Source of the DNA: Antechinus flavipes
Taxonomy: Eukaryota
NCBI RefSeq assembly: GCF_016432865.1
Contig: NC_067399.1
Location: forward strand, 260,338,001 to 260,402,000
Length of the DNA stretch: 64,000 bases
Direction: 5' to 3'
Made by a program: the position numbers and the translations under genes. Below, piece by piece: positions 1 to 12,419 of the stretch. The notes under the pieces were generated by a model, which saw only the letters and a program-made list of their open reading frames with translations, was not told the DNA's origin and did not search any database. Position 1 is the first letter of the stretch, and each line of letters starts with the position of its first letter.

Positions 1-248
1 AACAACCAAACATTATAGGGGATTAATAAATAATAATAATATAATAAAAATAATAATTTTGAAAAAGAAACGGGTGTTTCCTCTTCTAGGAGCACAGCAA
101 GTGCTTAACAAATACATCTTGACTTTTCCTGCCACAGAAGGCAGTCTATTAATAGAAACAGAAAGACAAGGTGGATGACAGACCACACCTTCTTCCCTCC
201 CAGATGCATGGGAAGCAAAATGTTCTCAGACTGCAGTCTCTATATTAA

Positions 249-263
249 CCACCAGGTGGTGCT
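249..263 (+). promoter_or_regulatory. CTCF-like motif
   Basis: CCACCAGGTGGTGCT, one C>T change from the CCACCAGGTGGCGCT consensus. Motif match only. Confidence 0.4.
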
Positions 264-469
264 CTGAGCTAGAGCTTAGCAGGACAAAGCCTCCCCTCAC
301 CATGAGCCTGCCTAGACCTCTGCACAATCAGACCTGCCTGACTTCCTAGGGTCCCCAGTCTTTATTTTGTTTAATCTATGGTTTAAAATGCATTGAAGGT
401 TATCATACAATATTTCATAAATTTACCCAAATTAGCTCATTCTCTGCCCTAATTAAGATTCTTTCCCCT

Positions 470-1380
470 CCTTTTTTATTATTATTAAAGCTTTTTATTT
501 TCAAAACATATGCATAGATAATTTTCAACATTCATCCTAGCAAAACCCAGCATTCCAAATTTTTTCCCCTTCCTTTTGCTCACTCCCTCTCTTAGACAGC
601 AAGTAATCCATGTGCAATTATATATTTTGTCACAATTATTATGCTGCACAAGAACAGTCAAAAAGGAAGAAAATGAGAAAGAAAACAAAATGCAAGAAAA
701 CAACAAAAAGAGTGAAAATGCTATGTTGTGGTCCACACTTAGTTCCTACAGTTCTCTGTCTGGGTGCAGATGCCTCTCTTCATCACAAGATCATTGGAAC
801 TGTCCTGAATCATCTCATTATTGAAAAAAACCACATCCATCAGAATGGATCATCCCATAATCTTGTTATTAATACACACAATGTTCTCCTGATTCTGTTC
901 CTTTCATTTAGTATCAGTTCATGTAAGTCTCTCCAAGCCTCTCTGACATCATCCCGATCATTTCTTATGGAACAATTATGTTCCTTATCATTCATACACC
1001 ATAATTTATTCAGCCATTCTCCAATTGATGGGCATCCATTCAGTTTCCAGTTTCTGGCCACTACAAAGAGGGCTGCCACAAACATTTTTGCACACGTGGG
1101 TCCCTTTCCCTCCTTTAAGATCTTGTTGGGATATAAGCCCAGTAGAAACACTGCTGGATCAAAGGGTATGCACAGTTTGATAACTTTTTGAGCATAGTTC
1201 CAAGCTGCTCTCCAGAATGGTTGGATGTGTTCACAATTCCACCAACAATGTATCAGTGTCCCTGTTTTCCCACATCCCCTCCAACATTTGTCATTATCTT
1301 TTCCTGTCATTTTTGCCAATCTGAGAGGTGTGTAGTGGTATCTCAGAGTTATCTTGATTTGCATTTCTCTGATGAATAGT
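470..1380 (-). mobile_element. LINE-1 3' fragment (ORF2 C-terminal domain plus 3' UTR)
   Basis: ORF 840-1364 reads [17 protein letters not shown]...[20 protein letters not shown]...[13 protein letters not shown]...[12 protein letters not shown], the L1 ORF2 C-terminal Cys-rich region. T-rich tail at the left end. Confidence 0.95.
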
Positions 1381-1494
1381 GATTCTAATTAAGATTCTTA
1401 TCTCCTAATTATGGAATTTGAAGAAATAGAAATTGTGCTACTAATTACAAAAGATTAACTAAACAATATTACAAATAAAATTACAACATATTTC

Positions 1495-3360
1495 TTAATT
1501 AAAATTTATTTATTTAATTAAGAATTTTTTTGAGCTCCAAATTCTCTTTTCTTTCACTCCCTCCCCTACTCATTGAGAAAGCAAACAATATGATATCAAA
1601 TAAATATATTTCTATAGTAGCCACATTGCAAAAAAAAGAAAGAAAAAAATTATACTTCAATTTACACTCAGAGTTTACCAGGTCTTTCTGTAGACCTGGA
1701 TAGCATTCTTTATAATGAGTTCTATGAATTATCTTGGATTATTATATTGATCAAAGTAGCCAAGTCTTTCTTAGTTGATCATAATTACAATATTGCTTTT
1801 ACTATGTACAATGACCTCTTGGTTCTGCTCATTTCACTAATTCATATGGGTTTTTTTCATGTTTTCCTGAAATCATCATCTTTGTCATTTTTTGTAGCAC
1901 AATAATACTACATCACAATCTTATACCACAACTTGTTCAGCCACTCCCTAGTTGATGGACAACCCCTCAGTTTTCAATTTTCNNNNNNNNNNNNNNNNNN
2001 NNNNNNNNNNNNNNNNNNNNNNNNNNNNNNNNNNNNNNNNNNNNNNNNNNNNNNNNNNNNNNNNNNNNNNNNNNNNNNNNNNNNNNNNNNNNNNNNNNNN
2101 NNNNNNNNNNNNNNNNNNNNNNNNNNNNNNNNNNNNNNNNNNNNNNNNNNNNNNNNNNNNNNNNNNNNNNNNNNNNNNNNNNNNNNNNNNNNNNNNNNNN
2201 NNNNNNNNNNNNNNNNNNNNNNNNNNNNNNNNNNNNNNNNNNNNNNNNNNNNNNNNNNNNNNNNNNNNNNNNNNNNNNNNNNNNNNNNNNNNNNNNNNNN
2301 AAAGCTTTTTATTTAAAAAATATATACATGGGTAATTTTTCAATTGCAAAGTCTTCTGTTCCAAATTTTCCCCTCCTTTCCCCATCCCCTTCCCTAGATG
2401 GCGGGAAATCCAATACATGTTAAATGTTAAATATATATATCAAATCTAATATATATATATATATATATTTATACAACTATCTTGCTGCACAAGAAAAATC
2501 AGATCAAGAAGGAAAAAAAAATTGAGAAAGAAAACAAAATGCAAGCAAACAATAAAGAGTGAGAACTCTATGTTGTGGTCCACATTCAGTTCCCACAGTC
2601 CTCTCTGGGTGTAGATAACTCTCTTCATCACAAGACCATTGGAACTGGTCTGGATCATCTCATTGTTGGAAAGAGCCACATCCATCAGAATTGATCATCA
2701 TATAATCTTGTTGCTGTGTACAATGATCTCCTGCTTCTGCTCATTTCACTTAGCTGATGCTAACTGATGTTCATGTCTCTCCCATGCCTCTCTAAAATCA
2801 TCCTTCTGACTGTTTCTTGTAGAACAATATTCCCTAACATTTACATACCAGAACTTATTCAGCCATTCTCTAACTGATGGGCATCCACTCAGTTTCCAGT
2901 TTTTTGATACTACAAAAAGGGCTGCCACAAACATTTTTTCCCTTTCCCTTCTTCAAGATCTCAAAGAGAGTTTCTATAAATATTTTTTTATTTATAGGTC
3001 CTTTTTTTTTTTTTTTGATATTTGTGTGATTATAGACCTAGTAGTGTAGTGGTCTTATTGGGTCAAAATCATGTACACTTTTATAGCCTTTAGGGCATAG
3101 TTCCTATTGTATCATCACAAGTGTATTACTTTTCCACATTCCTTCTAGCATTTGTCATTTTCCTTTTCTGCCATATCAGCTAATCTGATAAGTATGAGGT
3201 AATAGTTCAGAGTTGTTTTTAATTTGCATTTCTCTTATCAATAGTGATTTAGATAATTTTTTAATATGACTATAGCTTGTTTTGATTTCTTCTAACAATT
3301 GCTTCATCATATCCTTTGACCATTTATCAACTGGAGAATGGCTTTTACAAAATCACAACA
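1495..3360 (-). mobile_element. Cluster of L1 3' fragments flanking the assembly gap (~1495-1982, 2301-2940, 2950-3360)
   Basis: Repeats the 3' UTR blocks seen in the other copies (gcacaagaaaaatcagatc, atgttgtggtccac, ccacatccatcagaat). ORF 2746-2934 reads [29 protein letters not shown]. Confidence 0.85.
1983..2300. other. Assembly gap (318 N)
   Basis: Run of n from 1983 to 2300, between two L1 fragments. Confidence 1.
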
Positions 3361-5319
3361 TAAACACTCATAAACAGTTCGTGATTCGTTGCTTCTTGCA
3401 AGAACTGAACTCCCACAGACTGATATCAGCCATAAAGTCCCATTAAAATCTGATCTCACAACTTCGTTTTTTCTGAGGGAACATATTTGCCCAGAGGACA
3501 CTTGTATCAGGTATCCTCCACCCCAATATCAAAGTTAAAAAGAGTAGGAAAGGGCATTTTCACAAATTTGGTTGAGGGTCCTCCCTATATTAACTCCTGT
3601 AGAGTCCATGGCTGCTTCCTGGCTCTTTGACAAGCAAACAATAAAAAGTACAGTGATCAATAAGAAGTTTTCTTTGTTGTTTCTAATATTCATCCCTATT
3701 CCTCAGCCTCCTGCATCTGGGCTTTGGGGTTAAGTGCACTGTCCATACGATATATTAAGCATGATTCCTCACTCTTCCAGGGGTGAGCTCCTCATCAAAG
3801 CAACCATGACCTCATTAACAAGTTCACTGAGATGCTTGGATGCCCAGGAAAAGGGCAGGAAAGAGGGAGGAGACAATACCGCCCATTTAGCAGAGTCTCT
3901 ACAATAGCATGCAAGCTTGACATGTCTGACCAATCTACCATAAAAAATCAATGGCCTTTGTTGTAAAAGACTTGGTGGCAATGCTACATGTAGCTCATGT
4001 TTTGGTGCATTTGGATAATTACTTTTATGTTAGTCCCCTGAAGCTACTCAGGTCATACACATGTCCCTCCATTGGTATGTATGGAATATGGGGGAATAAT
4101 GAGGAGACAAACAAGACCAAGGAGGCATTATACACATAAAGGTTTGTTGTATTGAACTAAATGGAATTGGATTGATTCAAGGTTTGTGGAGCTTCTAGAT
4201 CCAGAGGAAGTATTCATTCTAGGAATGCCAGAAAAGTGACCTTGAAAATAAAGCTGGCTGATAATGTCATACATTTTTGATGAGTTTTACTGACTTTTTT
4301 CCTCCTTCTATTTTTAACTCTTTATTGTAAAACATGGCTCTGAGGTGGAGGGTTCAGTGGAAGGGTAATTTATCAGGAAATGTAGATCATAAAGACAAAA
4401 AATAATATAATACAGATTGGCTCATGTTACAAGGTTTAAGCCTGAGCCACAGGGCCCCAGACTGCCTATTGTGCAGGGATATAAATAGATATCTGGGATC
4501 CAGAAAGCCTCATTTCCATTTTCAGTTGAAGCAGGAAAAGGACAGTGACTGGGGTTTACACCTCCACTATCCCATATCTAGGCTAGAATGACATCTATCT
4601 AATCCATAGCAAATATTTGCAGCATAAGGGAGGAGGGAGGAGGTGCTATTCAGACTAAAAACCACTTTTCCTGGTTATTCTGGGAGGAAAGTCCTATTCT
4701 AGATGAGAAAATAATGGCTTATTCTTGGTCAACTTAGTTCCTTCCAATCACAAGCTTGTCACATAAAAGACAATCATTGTTATCTAGCAAACACTTATCC
4801 AAGATAACAGAAACTGGGGAAGTGATGCACAGTAGGGCAGATAATTCAGCACACATAGGGATATTGCGCTGAGCATGTGGGTTACGTGTATATCTACATG
4901 GGTTTGTCTAAATGCCTTTGGAGTGAGAATTGGATGAATGTCTCAGGAATCTTACCTATCCCTCTCCAGGGGATTTGATGGGAGCAGAAAGGATCAGTCC
5001 TTCGGGAGCTGGCTGCTCTGTGTTCCTCAGAGATTGTATGAGATTAGCCAGCTTGGTGGTATGGTAGAGAGAGTACTAGAACTGGATCTAGATCCTACAG
5101 GTGTCTTAAATTCAAATTCAGCTTCAACTACTTACTGGCTGTGAGATCCTCTCTTTGCTTTAGTTTCTTTAAGTGCAAAATGGGCACAATAGTAGCATCT
5201 ACCTTCCAGAGTTGTGAAGATTAAATGAGATATTTATAAAGCATTAAGAGCAGTGCCAGTAAGTGCTTTTAAAATGCTAGTTATTATTATTATCCTGCTG
5301 AATATTGGTAGTTTAGGGT

Positions 5320-5650
5320 CCAGCTTTTTAAACTGTAGGGCGTTGTAATTGAATATGAGGGTCATAAAAATATGATTTATTATCAGTAAATGTTTGATTT
5401 GTATATCTGTTTTATGTGTCTATATATTTGAAGTTACCTAAAAAATTCTCAGGCAAAAAGTGGTCACAAGTGGAAAAAATTTCCCCCTGGGGCAATTGGG
5501 GTTAAGTGACTTGCCCAGGGTCACAAAGCTAGGAAGTGTTAAATGCCTGAGGTCAAAGTCGAACTCAGGTCTTCCTGACTTCAGGACTGGTGCTCTAATC
5601 AATAAGTCATCTAGCTGCCCCTCAAGTGGAAAAGTTCAAGAAGTCCTAGT
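5320..5650. mobile_element. Non-autonomous hAT/Charlie-like DNA transposon relic interrupted by a CORE-SINE (5478-5622)
   Basis: CAAGTGGAAAA is duplicated at 5467-5477 and 5623-5633 around a minus-strand SINE (ggttaagtgacttgcccagggtcaca...gaactcaggtcttcctgact). The flanks resemble recalled marsupial MER/Charlie elements. Confidence 0.5.
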
Positions 5651-6226
5651 CTAGGGGAATAATTTTATAATGAATTAAAAATATTTTCCTGATCACAATT
5701 CTTGAAAAAGGAAGGAATTTGTTATCAATCTTATATCAAAAGGTTTCACCTTTCTCCCCACATTTTACTTAATAAAAGGTCTTCACAAATAGTGAATAGT
5801 AAATAAATTCGTTTATCCAAGCAGATAACAAAGAGAAAAAAAGATGCTATGAAAGCATACTATGCAAGAAACACAATGAATGAGCTCTCCCATTAAGGAA
5901 ATGATCTCAGCTCCATCTAGAGAAAGCTCCCAAGCTCATTCAAGGAGAAATTCCCTGAAGTCTCTAGTGAAGGAAGCTAGAAATTAAGGACATATTGAAA
6001 CTGGTTTTCTCCTACATATCTGCTTTTTAAAATGCATTCTCTTTCTCCATTGGTCTCTCCCTGAAGACAGCTTAGAACTGTGTGTGAACTCTCTTAAAAT
6101 AGGAAGAAAGAATATCTCTTCTCTTCATAACTCTGTCGTCACCCACACCCCCATGGAGACATGCAACAGCCAGTCATCAGTCTCTCCATTAATGAGGAAA
6201 GTCTCATACAAATGATCTAGGTCTGA

Positions 6227-7053
6227 CTGATGCACTGTTGGTGGAATTGTGAATATATCCAGCCATTCTGGAGAGTGATTTGGAACTATGCTCAAAAAGT
6301 TATCAAACTGTGTATATCCTTTGATCCAGCAGTGTTTCTACTGGGCTTATATCCCAAAGAGATACTAAAGAAGGGAAAGGGACTTGTATGTGCCAAAATG
6401 TTTGTGGCAGCCCTTTTTATAGTGGCCAGAAATTGGAAACTGAGTGGATGCCCATCAATTGGAGAATGGCTGGGTAAATTGTGGTATATGAATGTTATGG
6501 AATATTATTGTTCTGTAAGAAATAACCAACAGGATGAATACAGAGAGGCTTGGACTTACATGAACTGATGCTGAGTGAAATGAGCAGAACCAGGAGAAAA
6601 GTATATACTTCAGCAACAATACTATATGATGATCAATTCTGATGGACATGGCCATCTTCAACAATGAGATGAACCAAATAAGTTCCATTTGTTCAATAAT
6701 GAATAGAACCAGCTACACCCAGGAAAATAACTCTGGGAAATGAGAACCACTACATAGAATTCCCAATCCCTCTATTTTTGTCTGCCTGCATTTTTGATTT
6801 CCTTCACAGGTTAATTGTACACTATTTCAAAGTCTCATTCTTTTTGTACAGCAAAATAACTATATGGACATGTATACATATATTGTATTTAACTTATACT
6901 TTAACATATTTAACATGTATTGATCAACCTGACAGCTGGGGGAGAGGGCAAGGGGAAGGAGGGGAAAAATCGGAACAAAAGGTTTTGTAATTGTTAAGGC
7001 TGAAAAATTACCCATGCATATATCTTGTAAATAAAAAGTTATTTAAAAAAATC
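6227..7053 (+). mobile_element. 5'-truncated L1 with target-site duplication
   Basis: ORF2 end MHCWWNCEYIQPFW...[20 protein letters not shown], then 3' UTR, AATAAA and an A-tail. TSD acaaatgatc(t/c)aggtctga at 6208-6226 and 7054-7072 (18/19 identical). Confidence 0.95.
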
Positions 7054-8156
7054 ACAAATGATCCAGGTCTGAAACCTGTGTTACTTAGATAAAAATAAAA
7101 AGGTTCTTTGAGTCAGGGATGATATGAAATCTCAGCTTAACCAAGGAGAGGCAATCTCACTCAAGAAGCCTGCTCTCAGTATTCTCTGGGAGTGCAGGAA
7201 CCTGAAATCACAACACATGTTGTTGATGAATTTCCTCCTATGTCAGCTGTTCCCTAAAGAGTTCCCATTATACGCTAAAATTTATATGTAGCTTCATAAA
7301 CCTAACCTTCCAGAAACAGCCTAACTAAGGAGTTGTTACGACATAATTTTTTAAAATTAAATTTAAATAAAAAAGAGAATATTGCTACCTTATTAAAAAA
7401 AATTGTGGTTTTGTGTTTTACGTCTTCTTACACTGGAATTTCAGTTTCTATGGTATGTACTACTATTTTTGATCTATGTAGTGTGATGAGAAAGGTGAAA
7501 GAATAAGACCAAGCAAGTATATTAATATCCAATCCAACAGCAACAGATCAGTATTACCCTGCTAGTACTTTTCTCTTGATAGAAAAAGCCATCCAGCTTT
7601 TTTCCCTTAAACAATCCAATATGTTAAACATGTACAATTCTTCCATATATATTTCCACATTTATGATGCTGCACAAGAAAAATCAGATCAAAAAGGAAAA
7701 AAAGGAGAAAGAAAAAAACCCAAGCAAACAACAATAACAATAAAAAAGGTGAAAATACTATGTTGTGATCCACCTTCAGTCTCCACAGTTTTCTCTCGGG
7801 ATGCATATGGCTCTCTCCATCACAAGTCTATTGGAATTGACCTGAATCACCTCATTGTTGAAAAGAACCACAGATGACCATCCTTTTAATCCCAAAATTG
7901 AAGTGAAAAAGTTGACACACAAATCCATATTTATATTTTATTCTTAGATAACATCTTTTGTTAGTATTTATCAATATGTTGAGCAACATACTGATGGGTA
8001 AACTCAATTATCTCCTAGCTCTTGTAAGAGATATTGTTAAGTGAGAGAATGTTGAAAAAGAAAATAAAAACCTTGTAGGAGAAATGTGCTTCAAGTTTGT
8101 TGACAGTATTTGACATTTTTCTGCAATCAAGACCAAACCAACCTTTGTTGAATCTT

Positions 8157-8540
8157 TTTTTTTTCTGTTTTTTTTTATTTAAATTTTATTTTAGTTAATA
8201 ATAACTTTGTATTGACAGAATCCATGCCAGGGTAATTTTTTTACAACATTATCCCTTGCACTCGCTTATGTTTCGTTTTTTCCCCTCCCTCCCTCCACCC
8301 CCCCCCCCAAGATGGCAAGCAGTCCTATATATGTTAAATATGTTGCAGTATATCCTAGATACAATACATATTTGCAGAACCGAACAGTTCTCCTGTTGCA
8401 CAGGGAGAATTGGATTCAGAAGGTAAAAATAACTCGGGAAGAAAATCAAAAATGCAAATAGTTCACATTCGTTTCCCAGTGTTCCTTCTTTGGGTGTGGC
8501 TGTTTCTGTCCATCATTTATCCATTGAAACTCAGTTAGGT
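8157..8540 (-). mobile_element. Short 5'-truncated L1 (3' UTR only) with a perfect 19-bp TSD
   Basis: ccaacctttgttgaatctt at 8138-8156 and 8541-8559; poly-T tail from ~8155. The body is the reverse complement of the same 3' UTR family as 11676-12005. Confidence 0.93.
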
Positions 8541-8739
8541 CCAACCTTTGTTGAATCTTGAAATGGCCTTAATCCACGGCATCATTGACATATATTATCA
8601 GTTAGGGTGTGCTTCCTGAAAGAAAATAGTGGCAGCCATCATCACCACGGCTTCACTTGGCAGTGATTCTTGAGAATTTAAGCAAAAAAAAATTATTACA
8701 TGAATATCATTACATAATCAGGTATTTCCCTGCTTTATA

Positions 8740-9470
8740 TATATGGAAGTTTTTAATTTTCAAAACCTCTGCAAGGATTTTTCAACATTGACCCTTGAAA
8801 AACCTTGTGTTCCAATTCCCCCCCTTCCTCTAGACTGAGCAATTCAATATATATTAAATCCAATATAAGCCATTTCCACAATTATCATGCTGCACAAGAA
8901 AAATCAGATCAAAAAGAAAAAAATGAGAAAGAAAAATAAAATGTAAACAACAACAAAAAGAATGAAAATGCTATGTCCACATTCTGTTCCCACAGTCCCC
9001 TTTCTCAGTGCAGATGGCTCTCTCCATCACAAGTCTATTGGAACTGTCCTCAATCATCTCATTGTTGAAAAGAGCCACATCCATCAGAACTGATCACTGT
9101 ATAATCTTGTTGTTGAAGTATATAATGATCTCCTGGTTCTGCTCATTTCACTTAGCATCAGTTCATTTAAGTCTCTCCAGGTGTCTCTGAAACCTGCTGG
9201 TTGTTTCTTACTGAACAATAATATTCCATAATATTCATATATCACAACTTATTCAGCCATTCTCCAATTGATGGGCATCCACTCAATTTCCAGTTTCTAG
9301 CCTACCACAAATATTTTTGCACATGTGGGTCCCTTTCCTCCTTTAAGATCTCTTTGGGATATAAATCCAGTAGAAATACTGCTGGATCAAAGGGTCTGCA
9401 CAGTTTTTAGCCCTTTAGCCATAGTTCCAAGTTGCTTTCTAGAGTGGTTGGATCTGTTCACAATTCCAGC
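8740..9470 (-). mobile_element. L1 3' fragment (a similar small piece lies at ~7600-7870)
   Basis: Same L1 3' UTR and ORF2-end blocks (ccattctccaattgatgggcatccactc, ctgctggatcaaaggg). Confidence 0.85.
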
Positions 9471-10689
9471 ATTTGTATATAATTTCAATTATTCTTACTC
9501 TGCACAAAAAGATTGTTTTTGAATTTTTCTTCTAGGAAAAGCAAGCATTAAATTCTGATTTCACAGTTAAATAGTAAAATGCCTCCAACAAGAATATCCG
9601 TATGAGTATGGTATTTACTGCAAAATGTACAAATATCTTTCTGTTCAAAAGCATAAAATTAGTTATCTTTCGTTATAATTATAACAGGAAACTATTGCTT
9701 TTTTTTTTTTTTTTGGTCAGCTTAAACTAGTACCTGATGATCAAAACAAATTTTTAAACATCAGTCTTTACTTCAGTCAGTATCTTTAACTTACTCCTCT
9801 GAAGTTAGTTCTCTGCTTTGAGTCATCTTTTATATTACAATTCATAATGAGAGATCACAAGTCTTGAAAATTAGACCATTCCAGCTCCCATGACTCCACC
9901 CCACGCCGCCCATCCCTCCTATGCCAGGTTCCTTCTTTACTTCAGAAATTTCAGTGACTACAATTTTTGTACTAGTCAATTGGGAAGCCACATGAGAGGT
10001 ATCTAGCAAACCAGGTCTTACAATTTAATTGTGGTCATTTTTTTTTTCATCTTCTCAAAAAATCTCTGAGTTATGACATAATGGATTGCTAAAGAGCTCT
10101 GTGAAAATTTCTCAACTATCAGTAATCCTTCAATTCCTAAATAGGGATTGGTCACTTTGGTCATCAATGGTCACTTTGAAGATTTTCAGTGTCTTTTTAT
10201 TATTTTTTAATCTAATTTTAAAAAATCTTCAGTAGCTGGAGCTATGATTTCTAAAGTTTTTGGGATGTATCAAAGTCATATACAACCACCTAATGGATCT
10301 ATGTTTTCTTCAAAACTTGGATATATAGCATTTAGATATCCCTGATATACAGTAACCCTGATTTGAAATAGGCAAAAAATTGAGTTAGAGGTTGTTGCAG
10401 AAAAAGGTTTCCCTGTCAATAGAAAGATTAAGCCAAAGATATGGCCATTTCACTAGTAAAAAAGTAGTTGGAAAAGAGGGATTGCCTACTTTTGAAGAAA
10501 AGGGCAAAATCCCACACTGAAATACATGTTGAAGAAATCATTAAGCAGTTAAAGATTACTCCTAGAGCTAAGAAAAACAGAAGTATGAATGTATGGCCAA
10601 ATTTTCTGAAATTATGATAGACATTTGTAATATCAAGAGTAAGTATAATAGATACTAGAAAGCTTCTTTCACTTAATAGAACCAGGCAT

Positions 10690-11384
10690 TGAAAAAAATG
10701 ATTATTTGCTTATTATAGTTTTTATAACCAATTAAAGGACAGCTATGTAGCATAGAAAATTGACTATGGAATTAAGAGGACCTGAGTTCAAATTTGACCT
10801 CAGACATTTGACACTTACTAGCTGTGTGATCCTGGGCAAGTCACTTAATCCTGATAAATTTACAAACAACTAATTATTAGTAGGTCAGTTATTAGTAGGG
10901 ATTCCCCCCCCCCCCTTTTTTTTTCCTTCCTTGTGAAGAACAGGGCTGACAACGAGACAGTTTTTTTGGTGGAACTCACCCAACTGGGAAAGTTTATTTC
11001 TGATTTAATGGTAAAAGAGAATCTAATGTAGGTGAATTCTGATCCATTGTTCAACTAGGTTAGGTCTGGGTAGAGATGCATCCCTGAGTTGTCTGGCTTG
11101 AGATGCCTGACAAGATCAAAGTCAAATACTCAGTTCCTCATTAGAAAAAACCCACATCTCATTATAATAGTCATTCTCTTATTAATTGTTAACCAATCAG
11201 AGTTGATTTTCACCTATCAGGGACAAACCCCCTTCCCAAAGGGCTTTAAACATCCAAGTGGTTTCCACCAGGGGTCTTTGGCTTCCAAGAGAACCACTGA
11301 CCTCAATTAATTATCTGCTGGCCAAATTAATAAATTGATTATTAGTTATTCAGAAACTATGCCTTGGGCTTTTTGCTTATCTCA
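10690..11384 (+). mobile_element. Probable solo ERV LTR with a CORE-SINE (~10735-10860) inside, inserted into the HSPD1 retrocopy
   Basis: The block splits the HSPD1 match between ...EFHD and AYVLLSE. It has CCAAT 11193-11197, TTTAAA 11245-11250 and AATAAA 11329-11334 in U3-R order and ends in CA at 11383-11384. The 5' boundary is uncertain. Confidence 0.5.
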
Positions 11385-11675
11385 GAATCATGGAATTCAT
11401 ATTTTTGACCTTTAGTCATATTAATAAAATATGGAAAGATGCTATCTCTGTCAAACTTCATTTCAATTATGTTTATTATTCATTTTTAAAACTCGGTCCT
11501 TCCCTTTTTTCCAGTCTTTTTCCTTTTTATAATATCATGGGATATTATGCTGCTAATTTCTTGGTCTGCAGAAATTGAAATAATCAGGGCAACTTCTTCA
11601 GGGCTTGTGACAGGTTTATACTGCTTAAGTTCAGCAATGACAGTCTTAACAGCTAATGATAAACCTTTACTGGTC

Positions 11676-12005
11676 AAGCAGCTACACCCAAAGAAAAAAC
11701 ACTGGGAAATGAATATAAACTGCTTGCATTTATGTTTTTTCTCCCAGGTTATTTATACCTTCTGAATCCAATTCTCCCTGTGCAACAAGAGAACTGTTCG
11801 GTTCTGCACACATATATTGTATCCAGGATATACTGTAACCTATTTAACATGTAAAGGACTGCTTGCCATCTGGGGGAGGGGGTGGAAGGAGGGAGGGGGG
11901 GAGGGGAAAAAATCGGAACAGAAGCGAGTGCAAGGAATAATGTTGCAAAAAATTACCCTGGCATGGGCTCTGTCAATAAAAAGTTATTATAAAATTAAAA
12001 AACAA
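11676..12005 (+). mobile_element. Short L1 3' UTR insertion with a perfect 15-bp TSD inside the HSPD1 retrocopy
   Basis: aaacctttactggtc at 11661-11675 and 12006-12020; AATAAA and an A-rich tail before the 3' TSD. Confidence 0.92.
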
Positions 12006-12419
12006 AAACCTTTACTGGTCTTCATTAGACTTGTTGCTTTGTGAAAGGAGGATGACAGTGTCACTGGAAAAAATCCTCAATAAGCTTGACACCAATGTTT
12101 TTGTATTTTGCTTTCAAGGAATTTATTTTGCAATCATCACCCCATCTTCTATTATTTTAGGACTTCCGCAACTCTTCAATAATCACAGATTTCTCCGTTA
12201 GACCCATAGTAACAGCAATATTGTCAGTTAAAAAAAAAAAAAAACGAACAACTCTACACCTTGAGTCTTTAAAACTCAGGTATTCCAAACTTGACCATTT
12301 TAGAGTAAGCATGAGTAATTTAGGGGGTTGTGTTTCCTGGATATCTGAAAAAAAAAAAAAAAGATAAATAAATTTCTAAAAAAACAGCCTACAAGCTTGT
12401 GGTGCAGGTCATGATAAGT

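Larger units (their letters stand above)
9540..12380 (-). pseudogene. Decayed, near-full-length HSPD1 (HSP60 chaperonin) processed pseudogene with an internal inversion and nested TE insertions
   Basis: Minus-strand segments translate to TDNIAVTMGLTEKSVIIE (cf. ADAVAVTMGPKGRTVIIE), [34 protein letters not shown] (cf. [24 protein letters not shown]), MKFDRDSIFPYFINMTKGQKYEFHD, LLSERSFLVS (cf. LLSEKKISS), GIEGLLIVEK, and LLDTSHVASQLTSTKIVVTEISEVKKEPGIGGMGG (cf. HSP60 C-terminus). An HSPD1-like 3' UTR continues to ~9540. No introns; many stops and frameshifts. Segment ~10355-10610 matches on the plus strand. Confidence 0.9.

Noticed and set aside
1933-2418. ORFs spanning the N run
   Set aside because: Artefacts of translating the assembly gap.
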